64,000 nt of DNA from Eledone cirrhosa (taxonomy: Eukaryota), in assembly GCA_964016885.1 (NCBI GenBank), contig OZ024746.1, forward strand, positions 53,816,001-53,880,000. The letters run 5' to 3'. A program made the translations under genes and the position numbers. The notes beneath the pieces were generated by a model. It saw only the letters and a program-made list of their open reading frames with translations. It was not told the origin of the DNA and did not search any database. Within the stretch, counting starts at the first letter, position 1, and each line of letters starts with the position of its first letter. Shown here piece after piece: positions 51,901 to 64,000 of the stretch.

Positions 51901-53313
51901 ATATTTATATATTTATATAAACCAGTATTCGTCTGGCTCCATTTCTATGTTTTTGCACCGTTTACCTTCGGTATAATGCGATGCAACCCAATACCTATTG
52001 CGTGTGTAAGTTTATACATACACACCTATACACATATACATCATTATGATGGCTGCAAACTCTGCTAAGAATATTGCAATCACTTGTAGATTTTGATGTA
52101 CTTTTAAGATACCGCCAGCCACACAAACCTGTAACATATATCCTGAACAAGCAATGCCTGGGCTTTGAAGGTAATTTTTTAGTGGGGAAATGCTTTGCAC
52201 TCGACCAATCCCACTCTCTGAGCATCGAAAACACTACTCGAAAAGGAGAACTTGTCAACATCATCGGATGCTTCCGAAGCTACAGGTTATTTTTTTCAGA
52301 GTTTCCCCTCTCCTAGAAAGGTGTTGTGACAACAACTGGAGGCCTTTCACTCCCGCAGGGTGTCCAAATGCCACCCTCCTCACCAAACTAGCTGGGTGGG
52401 CTTGCCGGTTTAGTCGCTTATGACCCGACCATGAGACATGTTGTACTGGGCTACATGTTACCAGTAGCACTCGAGAGCGACCTGACATATACATCATTAT
52501 ACATACGTACATCATTATACATACATAATACTTACTTACTTTCTTATATATATATACATACACACTCCCATACATACATACAAACATACATATATACATA
52601 TACAACAGGTAAAAATATTACAGGTTACACACCAGTATATTTGTTGCTTTCAATTTATTCCCAAATCTACCGCCCATTTTGCATTGTCGTAGACAGGAGT
52701 CCTAGTTAAGTTTACTTGGACGGTACTTAACAGGTCCAGATCTTATAACAACGGTACCAAGAGATGTTATCTCTTCCTCGGTGGAAAATTTAAGATATTA
52801 CAAAGATTGTCCTCTCCGAACTATAATTATTTAAACTCTAAGAAAGTATATTTTAGGGGATGTCTACATCTCGAAGGCCAACACCTTGGTAAGTCGTAGT
52901 ACTCAATGATTTCAACTGGTATTCAACCACTTTAACGATTTCTATACTTTCTTAATAACGAAGTTTCTTTTTCCACATTTACATAATACGGTACATCTTC
53001 TATATTACTGAACTCCTTAGCATAATATATAGAAACATCTCTCTCTTACATACCACCACACAATACCAAACATCTGCTATATTGCGCACACGCTAACACA
53101 CGTACAATTACATTGACATTTCAAATTTTACATCTTTGAGTTATTCCCCTTTGATATACTGCGTTTTCATAACGAAACATTTAACACGTTATATTTTCAA
53201 CAGTATCTTCTAACTCGTCCAAGGTCAGAAATTTTATCGCTCTTACAATCTGGGGAGATGGTCAAAATTAGGCCTTGAAACCTTCGGTAGAGCTTTTGTT
53301 TCATTTATGATCA

Positions 53314-54236
53314 TCTACTTATATATATAACCAGAAATTTCTCTGTCTGTCTGTCCGACAGTGGAAACACGTGCGTAGAGAGAGAGTGAGAGTGAAAGAA
53401 AGAGACAGACTACGAGAGGGGTATAGCGGGAGGGAGAGAGGGAGAGAGAGAGAGTGAATAGACGCTAAAACACGTGCTACAGAAATATTACCTTCTCCTC
53501 TCCACTGACTTTGGTCACCGAGGCCGAGGGAATCACTGGTTGCTATAGAGACACCTTGCACAAGCCAGAAGTAACCAGTTCGAGGCGGTTCTGACTTGAC
53601 ACCATGCGAAGAAGGTTGCCATTGAATTTGTGGTTTGAAGAAGGTTGCCATTGAATTTGTGGTTGTTGCTGCTGATAATAAGGACCATTTGAAGAAGGTT
53701 GCTGCTGATGAGGTAATTTATTAATCAGATTGCGCAGTTCCATAACCTACGTTTGATTTGTTCAATTTTTTTCTTCAATTATTTTTGTTGTTTTTTTTTT
53801 ATTTCTTATTGAAAAAATATAAATAATAAAATAAGGTTAGAAATTTAAATACAATTAAATACGATTTAATTTCCATTTCCAGCAGCCAATGTCCAGTGTT
53901 CAATTTCATGAAAAAATTGGAAATAATTAAAAAAATTGAAGTTTAACTTTTGAACATTTGTTTTGACAATAAAAAAACCTAATTCACACCTAATGGTATG
54001 ATTAAAATTTCATAGGAATATTTTTTTCTAACCGCCAGTTATTTATTTTCTCCTTTTTCGTTTTAACATATATTTATTTCAAATATTTCACCGTATAGAT
54101 AACATATATATTTATACATGCATAAAAGACACACCGAGAGACGGTGAACATGTGGTGCCGAAAACATTTCTCATCCAAATCTCAACAATATCAGTATATA
54201 CACTAGATTTGCTAGCAGAAAACCATTTTCTGCTAG
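53314..54236 (+). mobile_element. Non-autonomous Helitron-like element
   Basis: TC start followed by tatatataa...ctgtctgtctgtcc; ends in hairpin ctagcagaaaa-cca-ttttctgCTAG. Confidence 0.55.
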
Positions 54237-54708
54237 TCTATATATATAAAACTGAGGATGTCTATCTGTGTGTGTGTCTGTGAATTTGAATCCCTAAAAC
54301 TCGAGAAGTACCCAACCGAATTTTTTCAAACTTTACATAAAAAATTCAACTTTTAGATCCTCTAGGGCCCGCATTAGGTGAAAACTGCATTTTTCAGCTT
54401 TTTAGGGGTCTTTTGAGGCGTTACGTCAGACCAATTTCCTTGAAATTGTAACTATGTATTAGTCAGTCTCTTCTTCATACCGTAAGCAAAGAAAATCCAG
54501 CTTTTTTATGACCTAGGGCCCACATTAGGTGAAAACCTGCATTTTTCCTGCTTCATCGAGGAAAATCTTGAAGATTACCCAGCCATCAGATTATTCGGTT
54601 TATTTTCTTTACATATTTTCCAGGCTTGCAATTTTTCCACGATTAGGTCTGTTGGCGGCCCGCGTTCCAAAATACCTTATTCCGTGCAACGCCGAGTACC
54701 ACAGCTAG
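54237..54708 (+). mobile_element. Non-autonomous Helitron related to 4484-5497
   Basis: tctatatatataaaa start, ccgaattttttcaaacttt, hairpin ccgtgcaacgccga, CTAG end. Confidence 0.7.
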
Positions 54709-55120
54709 GAAATAATATAATTGTTTCTACTTTTGGCACAAAGCCAGCAATTACCCAGTGCATTACTGGTACTTTATCGACCCCGTAAGGATGAAAGACA
54801 AAGTTAACCTCGGCGGGATTTGAACTGCTAGTAAATAATATAATATAATATAATATAATATAATATAATATAATATAATATATATATATATATATATATA
54901 AATATATATAAATATATATATATATCTTTGTATATATATGTATATATACATATGTTTACACACACAAACACACACACACATATATATATATGCATTTATA
55001 CAATATGTGTCTCTATATGTATATATGTATTTGTATATATATGTATTTCTGTGTATATGTGTTTATCAAAGAATGTTTTCTTCTCTTTTCAACATTTTAT
55101 ATTTTCTGTTGAAGAATTAT

Positions 55121-55230
<110 letters not shown>

Positions 55231-55374
55231 ATGCATATATACATACATATATGCATACATACATACATACATACATATCCCACACAGTCACGTATACATG
55301 AATATGCAACGCCGGGTACCACTGCTAGTAAATAATATAATATAATATAATATAATATAATATAATATAATATA

Positions 55375-55429
<55 letters not shown>

Positions 55430-55430
<1 letters not shown>

Positions 55431-55745
55431 GTTATACTTTGAAAGGGTCATGCTATCAATAAAAAGATACGCATATGTTGGTTTTCACTTCAATTTATAA
55501 TAAATTTCTGGTTGGTTATTTGGTTCTATAACCTGATGGTTGTTTATATATTGTCAAAGCTCTTTGGTCACACATTTTGTGACCTCCTCAGTGACTGGGT
55601 TTTTATTTTGTGTGCCTCCTTTGTTATGTCCTACACCTTGTTTTATAATAAATTGAAGTGAAAACTAACAGGTGCATGTATTTTTATTGGCAACATGACC
55701 CTCCTAAATATAGCAATATCTGTTTCAACACACGTTTTCAGATAA
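55430..55745. mobile_element. Older inverted-duplicated copy of the 45847 family with degenerate hammerhead (- strand ~55553-55595)
   Basis: Homology to 45847-46095; the short opposite arm 55644-55715 continues into the tail seen at 46688-46740. Confidence 0.6.
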
Positions 55746-55790
55746 GAGATAAACAAATTCAAATACGAAGTATATATATATATACTTCGT

Positions 55791-55826
<36 letters not shown>

Positions 55827-56211
55827 TTCGTGTTTATGTATATTTATATATATATAAACAACTATATCGATGGTAAAATTAGCTTTTATCTTTTGAAAGC
55901 ATATTTATTACCTTACATATGTTTCAAGGGAGTTGTCCATCCAATTGAAATGTTATGAAATATTTCACACAATCCCTATCGATATACAGGAAATGATATA
56001 TAGGCATGTTCGAACGTTCCCTCTCTTCGGACGAGTAATAAAAATTTGCTCGGTTTTTATGTTTAGATCTCCAAATATTTCTCACAAAAAAACTATTATA
56101 TATAAACACATCGAGCTAATTCTGAAAAGACGTGGCAATTATATACTATCATATATAATTCTCTACTCTCCTTCCAGCATTTTATATATAGCTTTAATTT
56201 TGCAATGTATA

Positions 56212-56326
<115 letters not shown>

Positions 56327-56610
56327 ATAAACACACACATACACACTTATATGACTTGTCTTGTTCATTTAGTAGTTTAGATGTTTGTTTCACATATTTA
56401 CCTAGCCTTAATTATGTGTTAGTGAGAGTAGAAAAAGAAGGAGGATGAGGGGGAAGAGAAAGACGGCGGCGGTGACGACGACGTTTTAAATAAAATCTTT
56501 TAAAAAACATAAAAAAAAACACATTTATTATGGCATAGAAATAAAACTGGTTACAAACGTATCTTATTATTCTCACAGCAGGTTTTTGTATCATTTCTCT
56601 CACATACTGC

Positions 56611-57670
56611 ACAGGGCTGCTCAGATTTTGAGAACACGTTTTGTAATAGATCTAACATTTTTCTGACTTGTTCTGATTACAATTTCTTTTCAAATAAATG
56701 ATGAAAGATATTGAAATATGTCAGCAAATGAATGGCTGAGCATTGTGATTTAGACATTACTCACTTGCTGAACGTTTGTTTGTTGTCAAAGTTCAGAAAG
56801 AGCTGGAAGGCACTGATTTTACAGCTATAACCAAACGTAAAACGCTAAGGTTCCTAATATCTAGATTTGTACGAATGGTGCAGTAAGTCAAGTAGAGCCA
56901 TTGCTTAGGGGCTCAAAGTTTCAAAGCACACTATGGGTATACGCATGTGGACCTTCGATACAAGTTATATGGGATGCAGAGACGCTAATTCATGTCTGCA
57001 AAGACAAAATATTAACGTCTGATCTGCGCAAAGCACTCGTTGAGTAAACTAAAGCATCAAAAGTCTCGATTGCTTTGGTCTTTTGTCTGATGAGAAAAAC
57101 GTTGATCAGGACCAAAGAGTCAACCAAAGGAATGAGAGATGGTTATGCACAGACACTAAAGATATTTCAACCGTCATGCACACAAAGATTCCACCATCTG
57201 TGATGGTTCTCAGAGTCGAGAGCAGCGAGGGCGATGTCATGCCTCCTCACTCCTTTTCTCAGGTCTAAAAGGTCAATGCTGCTGACTATAATGAGGTATT
57301 GGAGAGTGTTGTGAAGCCATGGATAGAGCGCGTGAACAAAGAAAGAAAATACACCTACCAACTCATACGGCCGAGACGACCCAAGAATATATGAACTACA
57401 CTCTCCATAATCACGTCAACCTAAACATATGTCCTCCTAGCTCTCCACACCTGAATCTGTTGGACTACTATATATGGGTGTGTAGACTTCTCTGAAGTCT
57501 ACACAATGTTCAAAAATAGATAAAGGTAATCTGATCCGGGCATGTCAAAGTTTCAGGCTTCTTATTGAAGCAGATTCATTGAGTAGATGTCTCTAGAAGA
57601 GTCTCAAGTTTATTCATGCCAATTTTTTTCTCAAATGAAGCTCTCCTTTCATGACTTATGCAACCCTGTA
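56611..57670 (+). mobile_element. Degenerate Tc1/mariner-superfamily transposon (DD37D maT-like)
   Basis: SDEK..QDQ..N.RN.RWL, HTKIPPSVMV..V.SSEG.VMPPH.F, VVKPW and PPSSPHLNLLDYYIW motifs; weak cagggYtgc terminal repeats. Confidence 0.7.
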
Positions 57671-58704
57671 GATATTCATCTACACAGCAAAATGACATGG
57701 GAAACCGTTTAATTTTTAAGTGTCCGGCGGTGTTTCAAATCTTAAACCAAACCAGGCAATTTAGAGTGCCGCTGTGAATTGATTAATCATTGATTAATGT
57801 TAGTGAATTAATTCGTCTGCACATCCCGATAATCTGTATGGCATATTTTTTAAATCGATCTTGTAAGAGAGGAAATGCAAAACCCCATTGTGTTGTCGGA
57901 AATTGTCGGGACTAATTATCACAATATATTTTGTTCGGCGCACAATATTTCATTAAAAATTTGCTCGCTATACATCGCGAGTATTCATGCATTACGAAAG
58001 CTTAAGATTATCATAAAACTAACTTAAATTTTATTTGATATATACTCTCTCCCTCTCTCTCCGACAACCTTCAGAACATGTTAGAGTTGTCATTGCGGGC
58101 GAGAATGTCAGGCACCTCTGCTGCAAGGTTTTGTTAATATTTCATCAGTGACATTCACTCAACCAGTCCTAACATTGTGCTAGACTAGAGTCTATATAGA
58201 ATTTTGCAGAAATGTTCAGTTGGAAATAGCAAATAGAAAACATCGACATCGACTGGAAATCGTCATTTGCAGATAATGCGAATTTTGTTGGTTGTAATTA
58301 ACTGACAGTAGGACTAATACAGCGTTTAAGCACAATATGGATGTAAATGAAAACATATACCACACGTTTATATACAATTCAAAGAAACCTACTGTATGTA
58401 TGTATGTATGTTTTTTTTTTCTCTTTCTCTTAATTTCGAGTATATTTTTTTGACCGGCCACCTTCCTGGTGGCAAGGTTGTAAAAGAAAAAATATTGTCA
58501 TCCCTTGAATCGCAAGAATGTTTTGCAAATTTTGAAGGTGCCAGCTATCGCAGCCATTTGTAGACTATGAATTATGTATGTATGTATGTATGTATGTATG
58601 TATGTATGTATGTATGTATGTATGTATGTATGTATGTATGTATGTATGTATGTATGTATGTATGTATGTATGTATGTATGCATGCATGCATGCATGCATG
58701 CATG

Positions 58705-58818
<114 letters not shown>

Positions 58819-59075
58819 TATATATATAGATATATATATATCAAAGTGAACGAGATATCATTTTGGGTTACCTTAGCTCAGGTTACCAGTAATCTGTACC
58901 GAGGATAAGAAATAAAATACCAATTTAGTACTGGGGTCGATTCTTTCTTTCTCCGGAAGGAATCAGCTGTACTCAGGCGTGGAGAGGCATGGGCTCCACC
59001 AAGATTAAAATGTCCAAGAAACGCCGTACGTCACGTCAATACGGTGCGTCTACGACTTTATCAGGAGTTACGGGA

Positions 59076-59159
<84 letters not shown>

Positions 59160-60354
59160 GTATAATATATATATAATATATATAAATATATATATATATA
59201 TAATGTACATATACAGTTTATATATTGACACATGCACACATATATAAAGAAAACATTATAACTGTATTAATACAGATGTAAAGTGTTCGCAATAGTACTC
59301 AATGCATATTTATGTACAGAGTTGGTATATGATTTAATAATTTCAATGGAGTCCCTACTACGTTTAAGCTTGCCAGTAAGCTTGTAAGCCAGTCAAAACA
59401 TAAAGGTTCCTCCATTGGGAGCGACTGATATCCTTGTTTATTAGTTTACTTTCGCTTCTTCGTATGATAACCTCCGTTTGGTTTTTAAATAAGTTTATTT
59501 TTATTTACATTTTCAACCTCATTTCGTGGTATTTAAATATATATACGCGTAGTTATACACACAAACATTCCCAATAACCGCTTAGTTTAATTACTTTACG
59601 AAAGAAAATGTAAGAAATGAATTCTTCACACACGTTCATAAACACAAACCATATGGCTGAGCAATATGGTTTAGTAATTAAATTTCTATCTGATAACTAG
59701 CCACAGAATCCCATGGCTCTGATGTTAATAGTTTATTTATTCGCTTTCAAGCGAATACATTACTATTTGACTTATCTGACATACAAGACGATCCACGGAA
59801 CACTATATTCTGAAATGGTAATGCAAATGTCGAAATTTCGTACAATGAAATCAGATAGACCACTGAAAATTTTGGATATCAGTGGTGCTAACAGCCAAAT
59901 TCATTATTTCGCTACTGATACTTACATAATCAATATAAATTGGAAGCCATTCACAAGGGCTTATAAAGGCACAAAAGTTATGAAATGCAAAGAAAAAAGA
60001 AAAGAAGAAAGTAATATAAAATAAAAATAAAAATCCTAATTATTTTTAGCATTCCTAATCCATAATTTAGAATATTTCGAAGCTGAAAGTGTCTCTGATC
60101 AGTCAGGCAGACAGAAAATGTTTTGCAAGACATTACGAATTCCTCTTCCTGTTAGCACATTTACATTTTCGAACATAACCTCGATCCTTTCTCCAGCTGC
60201 ATCAATATCTATACTGCATTTTGTGGTGTTGTGTCTCCTCCTTGGCAGACGTTGGCTTCTCTGTGACGCCTCGGGACAGATATTACCGGCTTATGTGTTT
60301 ATTCCCACAAGAAGCTATGACGTCCAAGCTAGAGCTAAAGACACTACTTCTCCA

Positions 60355-60575
60355 GCATGCTGTTAAAATGTCTCAGGAAAGAAACGCTGGACAGATTTTT
60401 CGGAGAAAACCAGCCGGCAGGAGACCCAGTGGTAGATGTTTGGATAACAGCCATAAACTCGGTTGGTCTCGCTTGGAGATCAAGCTGTATTAGTTACTAC
60501 GGTTGCTTATCATAAGGGCTGCTTGAGCACTTTGCCCCTACGACCTTCTCAGGAATAAGTGAGTGAAGAAGAAAA
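60355..60575 (+). pseudogene. RTE-clade LINE 3' relic
   Basis: MSQERNAGQIFRRKPAGRRPSGR..LDN..KLGWSRLEI; related to 33835-34060. Confidence 0.55.
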
Positions 60576-61325
60576 TATATGCAAATTAGATATATATATA
60601 TAGTATAGAGACAGAGAGGGAGGGAACATTGAGAAAGAAAGTTTGACAGAAAGACAGTTAAACAGAGAGATACCGAGAGAGAGAGAGAGTGAGAAATAGA
60701 TCGCGATCTAATTCACATTAAAAATATACGTACATACATTGAACATGTGTTAAAAAAGAAAGCATTCAGATGAATGTTGATATAGACAGAAACGTTTCTT
60801 CCCGGATCGTCATGAGGTCTCGGGTTTCACGGAGGCGTACACTCGTCAGCGAGGCGGAAATAATTTGGTGCGCTGACAAATGTATTTGCCAAATCTATTT
60901 GGTTTGGTTGGAAGCATCTAAGTTACCAAGAACGATAGGGTCCTCGGGTTAAAAATACACCCCCTAACAGTGGAACACAACGGATAAAATGGCAATTGCA
61001 CTCATCTGATCCAACATTAAAATGTTCCACGGGAGCCTAGATCGTAATTTATATTTACATTATTTGGAAATATATCAGAGATTATTCATGTTTACAAGCT
61101 ACTTACAAATGTTCTTAATACATACAAGAAGTACTGTTTATAACATTCATTTGGTAGCTGAAATGTATACAAATTATAAGTACTGAATTGTCTGAGGAAT
61201 CGGGGATAAAACACTCGCTGATGTGAAAGTTGTGAAGAGGTTTTAGCTTCAAAACAAAAAGAAACCTATATAGAGTACTTAGAACAAGAGTCATGTGTGT
61301 GTGTGTGTTTGGGTATGAATGTATG

Positions 61326-61404
<79 letters not shown>

Positions 61405-61412
<8 letters not shown>

Positions 61413-61790
61413 CATAAAACATGTCTATATCATAAAACAAAACATGTTTTGCGGACGAAACCATGGTAGAGGTAAATAAATGTATTCTCTTTTCTCCTAG
61501 TTTATTTTACACCTAATTCTGTTTAATTGACTGTATCTGGGCGATTACGCTGTCGAAATATTCGATAAATATTCCGTCGCGAAGGGCTAGTTTCGGTTAT
61601 TTGTTGGAGATTTCTTCATAGAAGCCTTATTCTTATAGCCTGGTCTATTCGATTTTTTATATAGTTAATTATGCTAATTGGGAGAGGAAATGGTATATAT
61701 TTTATCTGGTGATTCTATAGACATGTTTTATGATATATAGCTCTGATTATTTAATTTATTAACTTTTCATTGAGCCAGATTAAAGTTTAA
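61405..61790 (+). mobile_element. Truncated relative of the 3654-4443 unit with half hammerhead and short inverted arm
   Basis: ggac-GAAA(61457)-ccatgg-TA-gagg. 61679-61778 aligns to 4261-4365. The first ~24 nt are the reverse complement of 61717-61740. Confidence 0.55.
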
Positions 61791-61939
61791 GCAAAGAATC
61801 GTTGCTTTCACCCTTAATGGGATCTTCTGAAACTAACAAAGTCAATCTGTAAACGCAGAAGTGGATATTTCAAAAAACGTTGCAACCGGAGGAACACGGG
61901 AAGACGATACTTTGGTTCGTGGAAACGTTCCCTGGCAAA

Positions 61940-62190
61940 GAACGGGAAAAAACGAATATAATACGTCATTAATAGGAGCGGTGAAAAACAATTACGCGCA
62001 AAGACAGAACCACGTTTATGGTATAAAAGAAGTCGTAGACTAATGTTCTCTTAGGTGGTTCATACAGACGTTCTCTGGCAATGAACGGGAAAAAACTAAG
62101 ATAATACGTCGTATGTGGAGCGTGGTGAACAATTGCACGCAAAGACAAAACCACGTAAATGGTATAGCTGAAGTCGTAGACTAAAATTCT
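61940..62190. repeat. ~142-bp tandem duplication downstream of the PLE ORF
   Basis: gaacgggaaaaaac...aatacgtc...cgcaaagaca...gaagtcgtagactaa occurs twice. Confidence 0.75.
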
Positions 62191-62777
62191 AACTAGGAAA
62201 CCGAATGAATCTCCGCTTCAGAGTTAAGAATAAAGTAAATAAAATACAATACAGAGGTAATAGAAATTAAATAAATACATACACGCATGCAAATACGTAC
62301 ATACACAAGCATACGCGAAAACACTTCCCATTGGTATACAAAACCACGGACATATAAATATGTGTGTGTGTGTGTGCGTGTATACAAATAAATAAATAAT
62401 TAAATAAACGTATATAAATAAATAAATACGTATATAACAAGCGCACACACATACCTACATGTAAATACACAAATGTTCGGAGACATAAGTCAACCAAAAC
62501 ATGAAGTACACATATACACACACCCAACATACGTACGAACCTGCATACTCACACAGACGCAAAACTCCCGTATACACATAACCAAACCATATGTACCAGA
62601 ATATATAAAAAATTATACGCCATAACATATACAATCAAATATACGTACGAGAAAGTATACGTACTTTCACAAAATATACAGGTAATATAAACTTACCTAT
62701 GCAAATAAGTAATGGTATAAACAAAACATATACTTAGCTACCACATCATGACGTAAAATATCCACGTATAGATCGTA

Positions 62778-64000
62778 CTATCCGTTAGGGTATAACGTGG
62801 GGCTGTAATACAGGAAAGTTTTGTGCAATTTATGTTTACAAGCCGAAATTGCCTCAGATTTTTTGTTAAGGATGTGGTCTGTGGAGTAGAGTATTTCCAG
62901 GGCCTCAGCGGTGCAGAGGTCACATGGTCTTTTATTTCCGTTATACGATCTAGCCCTAGCTAGGATCTCCCAGTGTAACTTATATTGGGTGTGGTTGTCT
63001 TTTAGACTCCAGATATAAGCTGAAAGTGACGTCATATTCCTTCTTAGAGGGTAACGAAAAGAATGGGAATGCATGTAAAGACGTGGCTTGAATCTATTGG
63101 CGGTTAACCCTATATAGGCCCTACAGGACGTGGGTGTTTCAACCTTACATTTGTAGACAATATTACTAGAGAGGCATTTCCCGGATAGGGGGCAATCAAC
63201 CCGATTCCTACAATTACAGTTAGTACTAACTACAGGGTTGCATGTGTTCCTACGGCTAGGTAGTTTAGCTAAATTTGAAGCTGCGATGTTATGTGCAAGG
63301 TTAGGAGTCGTAGAGTAAGAAATTTTAATAATATTTCTATTAAAAATGTTACTATATTTATGTGTAGGGGGAAAATGCTTCGTAATAAGGGATAGAAAGA
63401 TCTTAGCTAATGGTGTGGCCACCTCCATATTATATGGTGGGTTATACCATATAATGCGTCGGGATCTATTTCTTCTAGGTCTATTTTCGTACTCAGTATA
63501 TGCTACCTTATCGACAAATCCACTCCGAGCAAGAGCTTCATTGTAATAAGTGGAATGGTCGTTGAAAATATGCTCGTTCGTAGATAGACGGGAAAGCCTC
63601 AACGAAACGTTTCTTACCAGGTTCTTGGTTATGCTGGCAGGATGGTTGGAATGCTTACTTATGTAATTAAGCGTAACATTCGGCTTTCTATACGGGTAAT
63701 ATAACCCATTCGATAAATTGAGGGTAACATCGAGGTAATTAACGACCGAGAGATTGACTTCAACCTGTATAGAGAGGTTGAAACATTTAAAGAAGGCTGT
63801 GAGTTCTTTTCTGAACCTGTCGCAAGCACGAGGTCCGCACTTAGTCATGGTCAAAAGACCATCATCACGGTACAAACCACCTCCCGCGTTGGGGAATTCG
63901 TCCTTGATAGAGAAAAGAAGGAAAAGGCCGATAAGATCAGTAACCTCCGCAGAATCGCTGGCGCCCATACTCACGTCGAATGGGGTACTATTGGATTTTT
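62778..64000 (-). CDS. PLE reverse transcriptase + GIY-YIG endonuclease (probably Nematis-like), 5' part outside window
   Basis: Open for 398+ aa: MGASDSAE, YRDDG, YLDVT, HSNHP, WYNPPY, CNCR..CPL.GKC, NIVYKC...YIGLT, CDLC. Confidence 0.9.
   Translation of the reverse strand, partial: KSNSTPFDVSMGASDSAEVTDLIGLFLLFSIKDEFPNAGGGLYRDDGLLTMTKCGPRACDRFRKELTAFFKCFNLSIQVEVNLSVVNYLDVTLNLSNGLYYPYRKPNVTLNYISKHSNHPASITKNLVRNVSLRLSRLSTNEHIFNDHSTYYNEALARSGFVDKVAYTEYENRPRRNRSRRIIWYNPPYNMEVATPLAKIFLSLITKHFPPTHKYSNIFNRNIIKISYSTTPNLAHNIAASNLAKLPSRRNTCNPVVSTNCNCRNRVDCPLSGKCLSSNIVYKCKVETPTSCRAYIGLTANRFKPRLYMHSHSFRYPLRRNMTSLSAYIWSLKDNHTQYKLHWEILARARSYNGNKRPCDLCTAEALEILYSTDHILNKKSEAISACKHKLHKTFLYYSPTLYPNG

Overview
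This is AT-rich animal genomic DNA made almost entirely of repeats, with no recognisable host gene and a 200-N gap at 44891-45090. The SINE style and microsatellite load suggest an octopod cephalopod (inference). Autonomous-type elements: two ~6 kb L1/Tx1-clade LINEs facing each other tail-to-tail (18001-24033 + and 26119-32164 -) plus a 3' fragment, all in (TTA)n; three 5'-truncated R4/Dong-type REL LINEs in (TAA)n; a Neptune-like Penelope-like element (PLE) with ~1.7 kb pseudo-LTRs (35683-42281 -); and a second PLE running off the right edge. Also present: CRE and RTE fragments, two Tc1/mariner relics, three non-autonomous Helitrons, about 20 copies of one tRNA-derived SINE and a 15-bp minisatellite. 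The main hidden signal is a set of non-coding units of about 0.1-0.7 kb, mostly in (TA)n tracts, that carry type I hammerhead ribozyme motifs (CUGAnGA...GAAA...UH), several with the palindromic minimal stem III typical of PLEs. They occur either as 5'-to-5' inverted duplications or as ORF-less monomers with terminal direct repeats (periods 439 and 695 bp), i.e. retrozyme-like mini-PLEs. One copy starts 4 nt downstream of the predicted self-cleavage site. Secondary findings are a (TTA)n-specific Tx1 family with an extra 102-aa ORF that appears to be under purifying selection, and a SINE whose 3' end and insertion sites match that Tx1. All folds and alignments were done by eye.
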